This document shows, in pieces, positions 28,166 to 41,810 of a stretch of 64,000 nt of DNA (positions are counted from its first letter, which is position 1; each line of letters starts with the position of its first letter). Both the position numbers and the translations under genes were made by a program. The DNA comes from Eledone cirrhosa. Lineage: Eukaryota. The notes under the pieces were generated by a model. That model was not told the DNA's origin and ran no database searches. It saw nothing but the letters and a program-made list of their open reading frames with translations. The stretch lies in contig OZ024740.1 of the NCBI GenBank assembly GCA_964016885.1, forward strand, positions 54,560,001 to 54,624,000, written 5' to 3'.

Positions 28166-30189
28166 TTGCTGGAGTCAGGGTTCCAGAGCAAGAGAGCGGA
28201 TATGATTTCATTGCTGGCTGGCACGGTGACAGTGGCCAGCAAATTGAGCTCTCCGGGATTTTAGAAGGGCAGAGGCTCGAGGGAGTTTGCCATAGATTTT
28301 AGACAAGGTGGGATGTCGTTTCCAGGATAGGTTTTGCACTCTCATTAAGAGGCGGGTATATGTGCCATCCAATCTCCTCTCAAGTTGTGATGTTAGTGTC
28401 CAGGTTTCGGATCCATAAAGTAATATGGGCTTAATGGTTGCTTGGAATATTTCCAGTTTTAGCTTGTTGGTAAGTTGAGATGTCCATATGGCGTGCATGT
28501 CATTGCACGCTGACCATGCCATACTCTTCCTGGTTAGAAAATATTTTTTGGAGGAGGAGATATATGAGCCAAGATACTTGTAATCTTCTACCTGCTTAAG
28601 GGTGGTACCATTAAGGGTTCTGATGGGGTAGTTTGCGCTGTTTGCGCATCTGTTCACACACTCAGGCTTGGATTAGTTGAGGTACAGTCCAACACAGTTG
28701 GACGCTTGCTCTAATGACTTAAAAGACTCTCAGCATTTTCCAGTGACCGACTGATCAATGCGATGTCGTCAGCAAAGTCGGTGTCGGTCAAGTATTTTGC
28801 TGGGTAGCGTGAGCTTCTCCTAGGCTGTAGTTGATATCCCCTATCCTGAATCCTATCCACAGACATGCGCAAAACATAATCCACAACAATGATAAATAGA
28901 TACGGAGCAAGGGTATAGCCCTGTAAAATTCCAGCGAGGATTGAGAAAGGTGCTGTTTCCCCATCTGGGGTCAGGACAGTTGATTTGGTATATGTATACA
29001 TTACACGTATGGCCGCGATGATTTTATCAGGAATCCCATAGAGTTGTAGAATTTCAAACATCCCCGACCTGTCAACTGAGTCGAAGGCTTTTGAAAAATC
29101 AACAAAGATGAGTGCAAGGTCTAGATTGCGGTTTTGGAACTCCTCTATAAGTCGGCGAAGGCAGAGAATCTGGCTAAGTGTTGATCTACCTCTCCTAAAT
29201 CCATTCTGGTTGTTACGAAGGATTGGCTCAAGAAATGGGATTAAGCGGTTAAGAAGAAGCTTGTTGTATATTTTTGCAGCAATTGCCATGAGAGAAATTC
29301 CTCTATAGTTGGTGGCTAAATAAAGATCTCCTTTTTGGGGCATGGGGATAATTTAAGCTGCATGCCAGACGCTAGGTGGTTTATTGGTCTCGAAAGTATG
29401 GTTACATAAGTTGAGCAAAAGGATGTGGAAATGCTCATCCTTCCAAATCAGGGTAGGTATATTGTCCGGCCCAAAGGAGCTGTTTGATGGCTTCTTTGAG
29501 CTCAGGCATGGTGGAAGGAGAGGTGTTGATTCCTAAAGGCAATGAAACCTGAACGGATGGCAGTTGATAGTTATCAGGGAGTCTAGCCTTTTTGCCTAGA
29601 ATGTTTTTAAAATGAGCAGACTAATTTTCAAGACGTTTTTTGGCAGAGCCACCCTTGATTCTAACTGCAGAGTTTGAGTTTTTGCCTGAAAGATCTTTGA
29701 CAACCTTCCAAGCAAGATGATGGTGTTTGCTGATGTGATGTTGCGATAGCGGATCAATCCTACCTGAGATATAGTCGGCTTCAGCATTAAGATAAGCGTC
29801 GTCTAGTGATTTGTTTGGCCATGATAAGAGGGCCGAACCTCATCCCATGAAAAGAATAGACTGGAAAGCCGTTTCTTCCAACAAACAACTATCCAATAGC
29901 TTCACGCTTCAAGTCTATAACAGATTTCAATGTCTCTCAACTTCTGACATCAATGACGATAATATTGAGGATGTGGATGACTGTCTTAAGCAATCAATAG
30001 AGGAAGTTGCAATTTCCACCCTACCTAAAAAGAAAAGCCGAAGCCAAATGAAACCTAGTGCCTCAGAGAAGGTAGTTGAGGCAAGGGCCCATCTTAGGTC
30101 AATATCCCAATCTCACCATCAATCACCATGTCAAGGGAAAAAGATACAGCTTATCATGGCCAAAAAATCACTAGACGACGCTTATCTTA
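28166..30189 (-). mobile_element. RTE-clade LINE ORF2 fragment (RT domain, frameshifted) with inverted 5' segment 29829-30189
   Basis: NYRGISL, NQNGFR, FVDFSKAFDS, GILQG, DFADDIAL, YKYLGS, LLYGSETW; 41-bp junction duplicated at 29788-29828 and 30150-30189. Confidence 0.9.
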
Positions 30190-30929
30190 TATATATATAT
30201 ATATATTGTATTTAGATGTATTGACAGATGTATGTCTCCGAACGCAAATGACCATAAGGAAAATCGATTATTATTAATAATAATTAAGATATTCGAGTGA
30301 AAGGAACGCTGTTGATTTAGAAAGGTGGATACAGACACTTCCCAGGAATTAAAACCCGCATCGCTAGAATGCTGTTAATTTGGTTAATAAATACGTTAGA
30401 AAATTATTCCGTTTGTTTATTAAGATTTTAAAACTATAATTTGACGAGTGTCCGAACGCAAATGTCTATAAATTAAAGTAGCTCTCTATAAATTATCGTT
30501 GAGAAAATCAGGTAAAGTATTCCTAGAGATGGAAGGACGAGGATATAGGCTCATTCGAAGTATCGAACTCCTGCATCGCCCGGATAGACGAGTGTGATCT
30601 ACTTTTCATTGAACAAGTTCATTTCCCTTATGTTGCAAAAAATAAAGAAAAAACATTTCTAACAGACATTATCGTAATACAATGCTATATTTAGACGCAT
30701 CTCTATGTCAAAAATCAATAATATTCTAAGCTTATATGTTAGTCCATATTTGTACACGTTGTGTTATGATGTTGGTATGTCACATTAAACTTCCTTTATT
30801 TGTTGTACGTAACTTTTAGGTCATTTGTAGTTAATGGAATTGCATGTGGTTCACGATATTTTTAAAGATATTGTATGGTAGGGAACAAAGTTTATTTTCC
30901 CTGAGGTAAACCCATCTGGCGTCGTTTTC

Positions 30930-31520
30930 TGATTGTTTCAGGATATTATTAATCTAACATTGAGTTATCAGCAGAATATTCCTACCCAGGAGGTTATAGC
31001 TATTCAGCTCAAACCAGGTGTATTCCGATTGCTTCTGGAGACCACAATAATTATTCTAGTTTTCATATGTTTGCTCCAAAGCCTATTTTGTTCTTTATAT
31101 TGCTTCATTATATTTTCAGATCCGCCATGTTGTTTCTCTGTCCCGACATATTTCTTTCCTCAAGCCTATTTATTTTTTTTTTCTTTCAGCAGCAGTTTCC
31201 TGTATTTTGCTTATTTCTTTATTTAGCTCCAGATACAGATCTTTCGATTTGTTTCAAGCAGTTTTTTTTTAATTTGAAAAACAAAAATCGTTGTCTTAAA
31301 CTACTTAACCCCTTTGGGGCTCCAGCTCAGAATTTCTGCCTTGCTCGTTTCTTTAAAACTTCGTATTTGTTTTCGTTTTATCTTTTTCTGAATACTTTTT
31401 TTTCCAATTGGCTTCTTTCCCCATTTTGGGTCTCTTCATATTTAATTGGCATAATCTTGACAGATCTGCTTCCTACTTCATATTTCTCTATCTTCTCTTT
31501 CCTTTCATTTTTTTAAAAAG
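30930..31520 (-). pseudogene. Possible decayed R4/Dong-type pre-RT region
   Basis: K/E/R-rich minus-strand remnants (KDLYLELNKK...WSPEAIGIH) loosely resemble FY.EL...NWKAPG.D.I. Confidence 0.3.
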
Positions 31521-31794
31521 TTACCTCTAAGGTGGCGGTATGTTGGGTAGTAGTTTATAAGAGTGGTGTCCTAGTAGCTACTACCTCCATGCAAACAATT
31601 TCTGTTGCATACTAACAGCCTTCTACGCGGCTAAATCATTTTGATATGTTTTCTTTATTTGTACAATTCTCCAAGGCCATATATTCTTTCAGCCATAAAT
31701 TTCTTACTTTTATTTCTTTTCCTCGATTTTATGTCCGTTTCCGAAAACATCATTGTTGTTATCTTCCTTCTTCCACCATTGCCCACCGCCCAAC

Positions 31795-32061
31795 ATCATC
31801 CTCATTATCATCATCATCATCATCATCGTCACTATTGCCACCACCACCATCATTATAATTTCTCTCTTCTACTTGATGTAAATATCATAATGATTTTTGT
31901 CTGTTGTTTTATGCATTTTGCTTCTGTACGTTCCATGGGGCCCTAACAGCTAGTAACACATAAGATATTATTATTAAAATAATAATAATCATCTTCAGCA
32001 TCATCATCACCATCATCATCATCATCAACTTTCTTCCTCTTGCATCATCATCATCATCATC

Positions 32062-32118
<57 letters not shown>

Positions 32119-32177
32119 TTCATCATCATGATCATCATAATCATCATCTTCAAGTAATGTTCTTCTTCTTATTCTAA

Positions 32178-32208
<31 letters not shown>

Positions 32209-32210
32209 TA
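31795..32210. repeat. (CAT)n and (ATT)n microsatellites
   Basis: Directly visible. Confidence 0.85.
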
Positions 32211-32945
32211 TTGTGTTGTTTCGTTTAGCTCAGTTCTGTTTCTCTATTGTTGGGTTCAGGCTTTGAACCTAGGGCAATAGATATTCTCATTGTAGAGAGA
32301 GATCTCGTCTGAGAATGCATGCTGTTCCTAGTAGCTCGATCTTCTGTAGCTCGATCTTCTGTAGCTCATATTTGCTGATCTTGCAGGGAAGGACACTAAG
32401 GTGCAGGTCTGGTGATTTGGGTATTAATCCCATTGCTCCTATTACTACAGTGATAGTGTTTGTGGTCATCCTCCACATGCGGTTGATCTCTATTTCCAGG
32501 TCTTTGTATTTCGACAGTTTTTTCATTGTTTTTATAGATGTATTCTTGTCAGCTGGAACAGAAATATCTATAAGGCTACATGTCCGATCTGTTCGTTTTT
32601 TATGATGGTATCTGGTCTGTTGACAGCGATTTCTCGGTTGGTTATCATAGGCATATCCCACAAGAGGGATATGTTTCCCCATTTCTATGTCTGTTTCTGG
32701 TTGATGTCCAAACCATGTGGATGTCATGTGAATGTCATGAGAGTGGCAGAGCATCTAATGCACGTATTTGGCAATGCGGTTGTGCCTTTCGATATAGTCA
32801 GTTTTTTCCAGCTCTGGACACCCGGAGATAACATGATCTAACGTTTCTTCATGTTTGTTAGTGGGGAACTGGAACGGCATCTTATCCGCAGGCTGGAATT
32901 GTGTGGGTATAGCTGATAGGAGCGACTTATGCAAAAGCCTCAAGT
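32211..32945 (-). mobile_element. R4/Dong-like RLE non-LTR retrotransposon, 3' fragment ending in (TAA)n
   Basis: ETLDHVISGC..YIERHNRIAKYVH; CSLIDISVP.D.N...KLSKYKDL..EI.RMW...VVIGAMG. Confidence 0.85.
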
Positions 32946-33184
32946 ACCTGATCAGCCAGTTCTAACTTTCTACTTTCTGCCATACCCATTATATTTGCCT
33001 AATGTGCCAGTGTGGACCTGGCCCAACCACATAGGGTCATCTAGATCATATATAGATAATATTTTTGTATTATGTCAGTAAATAAGGATAGTATATGTTG
33101 TCCGTATTTCCACTTGGTTGACTATTCAGATCACATATTTATGATCTGTATTGTCGACATAGTTAGAACGTATAGTCTAGGACC

Positions 33185-35530
33185 TGCTAAGGCACGTGCT
33201 CTATGAAACGAGGGAACGGAATCTGTTCGATGGGCCCGTGTGGCGGAGGAGCAGCGTGGTAACAAAACCTTGATTCGGTCGTTGACGGAATTAGTCGAAC
33301 GCGTGTTTCAGGAGTCCCTGCAGATGAGTACGATCTTTTTCCAACACATTGCCGTTCGGAGAGATCGGGGATTCGTAGACAGTGGCAGAATTCAGTTCCA
33401 AACTCAATGGTCTTCCACGACTTTTCTAGCAGATGTTGAGTGGTGCAAAAGGCCGATAACATCAGCCGAGTTTCGGGATGCCTTGGTAGTTTGCACGAGG
33501 CGCATGTTACACGGTTCGTATGTCCTTTTACGTAGATATGCCAGCCATGTTCTCTGATCTCCTTAAAACGATCTGCTGCAACTGACACCATAACGGCTTT
33601 ATTCCCAATTCTGAAACCGGGGACTTAGTAACGCTGTTGAGGAAAGACGAGATGAAAAAGGATACGTTAGACAATTGCAGGTCCATAAAATAATCTGCTA
33701 AATACAGAGTTTAACATTTTAGAAAAATTGTTTGCGAAGTGATTGGAGCTTGTCGTTGAGGATTTGGAAAGGGGAGACCAAACATGTGTAATCCCAACTT
33801 GGTTCATCCAAGATAACTCCCAACTCATTCAATATATCATATAGAGTGTAGGGCGTAAACCTGGATTCGGTGGGTGTTATGATCAATTTAGATTAATCGA
33901 AAGATTTCGATAGGGTCGACCATCGATAGAGGGCAGCTGTTCTCAAAGCGGCTGGCTGTGGTCCCACCGTCGGTATCTGCTGGGTGGTCAAAGCAAATGG
34001 CAACCATCCGGAACCGTTTCAGATCACGGGATCGGTCCGTCAGGGTTGTCCCCTCTTCTCCTTTCTGCACGCATTGACACTCGAACCTTTACTGCGGAAG
34101 CTGGTGCTGTTTAGCGAGCATTCCACTCCAACCGGGACAAAGAAAAGCTGTGTCGGCATAGGTGGACTACATCACTGTGATGGTGACGAACATCTCAGAA
34201 ATCGAGGTGTTGGAACCTTCATAGAATATGAAATTTTGACGGGAGCAAAACTAAATGAAGAAAAGCCGGTAGATTTGCAGCCCGGCACCTAGAGTGGCAA
34301 ACCCATGTCGTTCAACAGCGTCAGCTGACGCTGGGATGACGGACTGGTGAAGTTGCTCGGGACTGGTTCGGACAAGACCTCCAGGTGGACCAGAACTGGG
34401 ATGAGGTAACTAACAGGGTGGCTCTTTGCTGCCAGAACTGGGCCGAGAGGAAGCTTCACCTGAGGGGTCGGATGGATGTGGCAAACGCATACATACTGTC
34501 CGTCGTCTACTACGTTCACACCTCACCAAATTCGAACATCTGCTCTTCAACCTTTTGTAGATGGACAGGTTCCATTGGAGAGGTGGTCCATCAACTGCCA
34601 GCTTCTCTTTGACTGAGCTGCTGTCCTGTGTCAAGAAGATACCGAAACTGGGCGTCTGAGATCTGAATGTTACCAGGCACTCAATGTCCTCTGCCAGGCA
34701 GGCAATGAGGTCGGTGGAAATTCCACACTAGTACTTCATATAGGAATATTGGTGGGTAAATGCTATGATGTTTTGAAGGGGCTCTAGGCGTCGATGAAAT
34801 GGAGCTGACCAGTGTGTTCAAAGGGACTTTCGAGTCGGAGATTATGGATAACTTCCAGAAATCCCCCGATTGGCAATGCTTCGAGATAAACTCTACAAAC
34901 ATGGAAGTGTGGTCAGACGGTCCTGCCCTGGATGCGCGCAGAACGAAGAAATTGTTCTGCACGTACACGCTCAGTGTCCGTGCACTACCGACTTGTGGAA
35001 TTATGTCGAACAACTGTTATGATATATCGGACGGATTCGGCTATCTATTCCATAGTGAAGTTCCCCCGTCAGCTTCTTTTGGCAATTTCTCTCTGTCTGG
35101 TGGCCGGAGAGAAAGAAGTTGTGTGCTGGACCATGTTGAAAAGACTGAATGCAGACACTTTCCTCTTCAGCCAATCCATCATCATTTTTTGAAGTCACAC
35201 ATGGGAAGGAAAGGAATTTGAGGGTGGAGAGGGAAGTGCTGTCCCCAGTACATTTTCCAAAAGGTCGGTCAATGTTGCAAGAATGGCCCGTATAGATGGG
35301 CCTACTCTGAGCATGCACCTGTAGGCTCGTTAATTTGAAGAGGAGAAGGTGTCTTCCTCGAGTGCTCCCGGAACGTGGGGTGGTTCTGCCACCTATTGGG
35401 GAATCTTTATTGTTATATTTTCCTTGTTATATTCGCTTTCTACTCTATTTTATTGTGAACTCCAACTTTCCCTGACTATTGTATTGTCCCATATATGTAG
35501 GCCCTATTGGCCAATATGAAACAATTATTA
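33185..35530 (+). mobile_element. Decayed Tx1/L1-clade LINE ORF2
   Basis: LINLD*SKDFDRVDH, VKANG..EPFQITGSVRQGCPL, YEILTGAKLN.EK, WAERKLHLRGR...NAYILSVVYY. Confidence 0.8.
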
Positions 35531-35624
35531 TTAATGGTTTGGCTGTATCGATGGAACGTCAGACAACTTCATTTAATGCATTTTACGGCCTGAGTTCAAA
35601 TACAGTAAGACATGAAAAATGTTG

Positions 35625-36020
35625 CCATTATTGGCAAAATCGGTAGAGCGTCAGACACCATGCGTTGCAACATAGAGTTATGGCCCTTTGCGTTCTGAGT
35701 TCAAATCCCGCCGTGGTAAACTTTGCCTTTCATCCTTACGGGGTCGATAAAAAAAGCACCAGTAATGCACTGGGATAATTGTTGGCCTTGTGCCAAAAGT
35801 AAAAACAATTATTATTATTACTATTATTATTAGGCGGTGGATTGGCAGTATTGGTAGAGTGTCGGATGCCATGCTTTGGCGCATAGAGTTACGGCCCTTG
35901 CTATTCTGAGTTCAAATCCCGCCGAGGTTAAGTTTGCCTTTCATCCTTACAGGGTCGATAAAATAAAGTACCAGTAATACACTGGTTAATTGCTGGCCTT
36001 GTGCCTAACGTAGAAACAAC
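35625..36020 (+). mobile_element. Two tandem Nin/Deu-type SINEs (35625-35810 and 35833-36020)
   Basis: Each has GAGTTCAAATCCCGCCG..TTTGCCTTTCATCCTTAC.GGGTCGATAAAA; separated by (ATT)n. Confidence 0.85.
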
Positions 36021-37917
36021 TATTATTACTATTGTGGTTGTTTTAGCTGTTGCTGTTTTAGTATATGTTGATGCTGAGATTTTTGTTGTAGTTATTGTCG
36101 TCACCATAATGTTTTCCTTAGTTTTATGCAATTATCTGTGGTTCCACCTCATGTACGTCCTTTATTATTCGCTAATCTTAGGGAATGTAGGATTGCCTGT
36201 ACATACTGTATAGATGTAGTTTTGTTGTTTGAATTATGTTCATGTCCATCGTGTTATTTTAGTGTGTCTTATGTTTGATAGATCTCCTGCAATGTGAGAG
36301 GTGCTACGTTGTTCAATAATTATCCCTATGATTATGTATGTGTGGGCTGTGTTATTAAACTGAAAATATTTTGCGTAGTAAGCCCTAATATTCTTATTTT
36401 ATTTTGTATGTAAAGTCTTTCCTTTTTTAACGTTCTATTAACAATATCTTTCTGCTTTACACAAGGTCATCAATCAGCTGAGCACGATATTCATATTCGA
36501 TTAAAGCAAACATACGCAGATTCAAGCAAACAAGAACGATGACAACGATGAAGACGATGAAATGCAATGCATGTTTACGTTCTTCCTCGCATGTTTGGCG
36601 GTATGTGAAATATAATGAAATTAATTACGGAAGTAATTAAAAAGTATTTTGTTTATTTTGCATCTTTCTATACTCCACTGACCCGGAGAATGTTATTTAC
36701 TACTGCGCATCTAGAATATAAAATGTATAAATAACAGTTATATCAATCTATGTGCGATATATTATCTGCAGATATATTGAACTATACTATACAAAAACAT
36801 TGAGATTTGCCGAAACGGAAATTAGAATCCACCTTTTTTTTCCTCATATATCATAAATATATTAGTATTATTTTCCGATCGTTTTCAAAATATTGGGCAG
36901 CTTTAATTAAATTTTCAGTACCCACCATGTAATTTCCAGTTGCTGTTCCTGTTTCTTCTACAACAACTACAACGGTACGCGATGGGGCCCACCCACAGCC
37001 CCGGCGGACAGAATGGAGGAGGCAAATATTACTTATAGTTTCATATAGTGTTGGAAGATGAAACAATCTTATGTATAATAATCTTTATAATGTCGGTTGA
37101 AATATGGTATACTATCAGTAATAGTAGGTAAGCATTTTCTCAAACAGAAACATAATAATATATCTGTAGCTGAAAACTGATGAATTGAATGATTGCCAAC
37201 TCGCCCCCAAGAATTAAAATAATTCCTCATACTGAATGGAAAATTCGCAGAAGAGATAAAATATTCAATAATATATATATTAGTTCTTCCACCACTGTCT
37301 TATATTCTTCGTCTCAGAGTGCAAAGCAAAACGAGAGCACTAAACATGTAGTGGAGAAAGACTACTTCCAACATTTGTCGAAACGGCGTCTCGTGTTCAA
37401 CTTCCTATGACCTTTGCAAAAACATCATATTTTCATGAATTACACCGAGTTGAAAGTTGAATTGATATAATGTCTTGAAAGTTACAAGTTAAAGGTCGAA
37501 CAAAAAATAAATATTTGTATGAGCTAAAATCCTGAATCGGGTTTTAGTAATCAATAATGTAATAACGAAAAGTAACGTTTTTCATTCAATAAGAACCAAA
37601 TATGTTATCTATTATTAAATATTTTGGAGGAAAAACACAAAAAATAATAATAATATTTAACAATTTACAAATTATATTGCACGACTTAAAATATAAATCA
37701 CACCGTAGCTGGAAGATGAATTCGAAACGTCGCCAACATATTGAGGAGAACACAAGCAAACCTTTCTCAAGTCTACAATAAAGACTATACAAAAAAGGAT
37801 GCCTTGTGATTAATGACGTTTAATAGAATTTGTTTCTAAAAATGGTGTATGACATTGAATATTGTTACTTTTGAAATCATAACGTTTAAAGTAGGAATTA
37901 CTACTACTACCACCACA

Positions 37918-37976
<59 letters not shown>

Positions 37977-38741
37977 ATCATGGATCGATAAAATAAAGCA
38001 CTAGTCAAATACCGGGTCAATAAAATCGAATGCCCCTCAAATTGCCGGCCTTGGGAAAAGATTAAATTCAATATTTTGATTAAACAATGACATGGCACAG
38101 CGATTTCTTTAGAACTCCGTCTGTCTGGTTTCAACTACCTGTTTCCAGAGAATTACATTCTCTGTTTTAATTTTGGCAAGATTCACTTTCATTGATTCTC
38201 CCCTGCTTCGATAATGAAAATTATTAGTCAAATAGAAGAGGTGATTTAATCGATACGCCTATCCAACGAAAGGGATAGTTTTGGAAATGCTACATAAAAT
38301 TCGATTAGCCGTCATTGATATTGGTGTTCGTGTTATTAAATATATTGGCTATAAAATAAAAAATAATAATGGTAATAAATCCCTGTATTTCTGGTTCATC
38401 CGGTTCAAAATGTATGACAACATATTCAAAAACTCCTCTTGGTGTATATAGTCGAAAACATAAAACGAAACAGAATTATTAGAATTACATGTTCAACATA
38501 CATAACGAAAAAGATCGATAAGATTTTGAGGCAAAGAGACACAGAAAGAGACGGATAGGGAACGTGACGCTCATAGCAGAACATTTTGTTGGATTTAAGA
38601 AAAATATTTCATCTCTTTTTTGCGTTAAAACTCGTATGATTATATCTTATAGGGTGGTACGTGGAAAATTGGGTAAGGTTTTGCATTTAAATTTTATCAC
38701 CCTGTAAAATATTTGAAGTGCAGTATATCATAATGTTTATG

Positions 38742-38795
<54 letters not shown>

Positions 38796-38899
38796 AGTTA
38801 TGCAATATTATATTTTAAATAGAGATATGTGGATTGAACCAACATGTACCACGTAGAAAAGGTGGGCCCCCAAAAAGCTTTTCTCCAATATACCTAGGA

Positions 38900-39165
38900 G
38901 GTTCACTGCAATCAAATTTGCCGCTCAGTCTTAATTAATCACGAACTCATCACACTGAGCATCGATGTTGCGGCACTCAGTAAATGTCATCGTCCTGACG
39001 AGGGCAGCCTGCGAGACCATGGAGCAGACTACAATTTCTACTGGAGAAGGAAGATCAAAGGAGGAGAAACGCCTTCCAAGAGTTGACTGCAAGCTGGGAG
39101 ATTCTGTTACCACCAAAAGAACTTACATTCCAGCCGGCCAGAGGGACCGTATCACGTCCTTAAAG
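38900..39165 (+). pseudogene. RTE-BovB-like APE endonuclease N-terminal fragment
   Basis: LINHELITLSIDVAALSKCHRPDEGSLRDHGADYNFYW, then after a frameshift GRSKEEKRL. Confidence 0.7.
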
Positions 39166-39744
39166 ACTAAGAATAACAACAATAATAATTACTATTGTAT
39201 AATCTATCGATGGATCTTTTGTAAGTCAAAGGTGATATATAAATAATTTTCTCAAAACGAAATTTAAACCCTTGGAAATATTCACAAATTACAACGCTAC
39301 GTAATTAATGAAAGTGCAAATGTAGAAGAGCTAAATTCAAATAAAAGCCACTCAGCTTAATACCAAATGACCGCATGTTGATGTTCTTCAGACGCGCTTC
39401 CTCCACTCCTTCTTTGACACAAAACTTAAGCCACCTCCACACAAACATCATTATGATTAGTACTTCCCACCTTGAACACACCCCCTCTCCTGGTCTTTCC
39501 GAAAGTATTGGAGAGTTTAAGTGAATCATTAACGCCATGAATGCATTTGGATGACCTGTGTGGCTATAGACACTCTCTCCTTAAAAGAAAAGAGTAAAAA
39601 AGATCAACCCAAAAGGAAGACGATATCTTTCAAGATCCTCTCCAGGGTGAATACTGCTAAACACTTCATAACGATGTTGAATGAGGATATCACAACGAAT
39701 GACAGATGGAATGTGTTCTTGAAGAAAAACATCATTATTAGAGA

Positions 39745-39850
39745 TCCCGCCGAGGTTACCTTTGCCTTTCATCCTTAGGGAGTCGATAAAATAAAATACC
39801 AGTAATACACTGGTTAATTGCTGGCCTTGTACCAAAAGTAGAAACAATTA
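39745..39850 (+). mobile_element. 5'-truncated Nin/Deu-type SINE; other partial copies at 37980-38070, 41925-42055 (minus), 51690-51805 and 61695-61815
   Basis: CCCGCCGAGGTTACCTTTGCCTTTCATCC..GTCGATAAAATAAAATACCAG. Confidence 0.75.
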
Positions 39851-41259
39851 TTAGATACTTTTGCACCGATAGCAATATCATTCTCCTAGATTGTATCCTT
39901 TCCTACAATATCATTGTCAAGTTGACTCATATATTTCAACATTTTTGTTGATATTAATAAATAAAAATATAAAAACATGTTTCATATTACAAAATACATG
40001 CATGATAATGATATACCTTTCATAACTTTCTGAATACAAATTCAAATCTCAATAATGAAATTAGGTAATGTATAGCCGAATGAAAACAAATTTCCGAATA
40101 CATATTTTACGTACGTATCATATCTCCTAAATCTAAATTCAATAACATAATTATGGAAATTCAAACTGTTGTGTAAAATGTACCAGCTGCATTAATACTC
40201 ATTTAAATATATTTAATGATGTTGATATTAATATAGCAAGCAATTAGGTATTTGTTCAAAAATGCTTATTAAATCTATAATTGTTTGTTAAGTATTTTGA
40301 CATATTCATTTTCACGCTGATATAACTAAATATGATATATTAGTAAGAAACAAGCACCTTCAGTCTTAATTATTGTGCTTTAAAATATACAGTGAGCCAG
40401 TGAAGACGAAAAACAAATCAGTGGAGCATTTAAACAATATCTCGAACGGGATCAAATGGAAGTAGACATGATAAACAGTGTGCTAGATTAGTGTAAGAAT
40501 AGAAAACTATTTGTTAGAAGTTGGGTACACACAGTTAATAACTAGTTAATCATTTTGATATCAAAGCTACTGAAATCATTCATCATTCAATATACAGTTA
40601 TAATGTAGTAGATTGCTGAAATTGTACAAACCGCCTCTATCATTATATATAGAATAGTATCAAAAATGTTCATACAAGAAATGCTTTTGTGGTCTACAAT
40701 GGAGATATATGGACAATATTTGCTTGATACATGGTAAAGCTTTTAATTCTAAAATAAAAAGAATACAAATTTTAAGAATAAATTCTGTAAATAATATTCT
40801 GGCCTCTGTTTTATCACAAAGCTCATTGCTACGATGCATACTACATATACCACAACTTTCTTTGTATGTGTATCTAATACGCTCGTTGATATTATATGGA
40901 CCGTTCTATGTTTTGTAGAATTATGGACCTGTACTTGAAAAGTTCCTCGCGAAGATGAAGACCTGACCAAATATTATGTGGAAGACCAGCAGTGGACCAT
41001 GTAGATAGATTTCACCACTCCACATTAAAGTTGATGTTGAGGGTAAGACAATGATGGAATTAGCTTAACATTAGTGTCATTGGAGGCAAAGTCATTAAGC
41101 TAAGTGCAACGCACCGCACTTTATCAATCCTACAAATCTAATAGCTGTACTGGCAATTTCTTTACCGACCTTGAAAGGATGTAAATCGCAATTGCCCTCG
41201 GAAAGATTTGGACGCAGAGAGAGAAAACCAAATTAAAATCGGAAAGCATTTCATCAGAA

Positions 41260-41810
41260 CCATTAAGAGTAACCAAATTCAAGAAATGGCATTGTTTGCA
41301 TATTAGTACACCTGCACTAACATCGACCAGACAGGTACTATTGATGCTCGAGTGAAAGCCTGTTTTGACAAAGTACGAATCTCGTTCCTCCTGATTAAGA
41401 GCTCCAAATCAAACCTCATTCTCAGGAAGGCTAAGATCTTATCAATTAAAATGTGATGATAGTCATATATGGGCCTGCAACTCGGAGATATACAAAATCC
41501 CCATTACAGAATATATATATATTCATCAGCTGCTAGTTCGGAGGAAATCACGTGATATATATGCCCCGAAAAAAAATAATCAACATATACTTGTGGGCTG
41601 AAACTTGATATACACTTGGCGATATGAGATCAAGGGATGAAAATGACATTAGATTGAACCGAAACAGAACATTATCAGATTTTACCCCTCGTGACAATGT
41701 GGGTGCAGCTGAACTCAATGAAAAAGAACACGCAGGATAGGAATAGTGAAGCAAGATCAGGTGTGGACTGTGATCTATGTAGGGGGAAGGAGAGAGTGAA
41801 ATGGGTGAGT
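41260..41810 (+). pseudogene. Highly decayed RTE RT C-terminal fragment
   Basis: IDQTGTIDARVKACFDKVRISF, VIYGPAT and QDR resemble GGTDADVKARIGKARAAF, LLYG.ETW and AQDR. Confidence 0.45.

Noticed and set aside
34799-35221. 140-aa ORF as a stand-alone gene
   Set aside because: It lies within the decayed Tx1-like ORF2 3' region.
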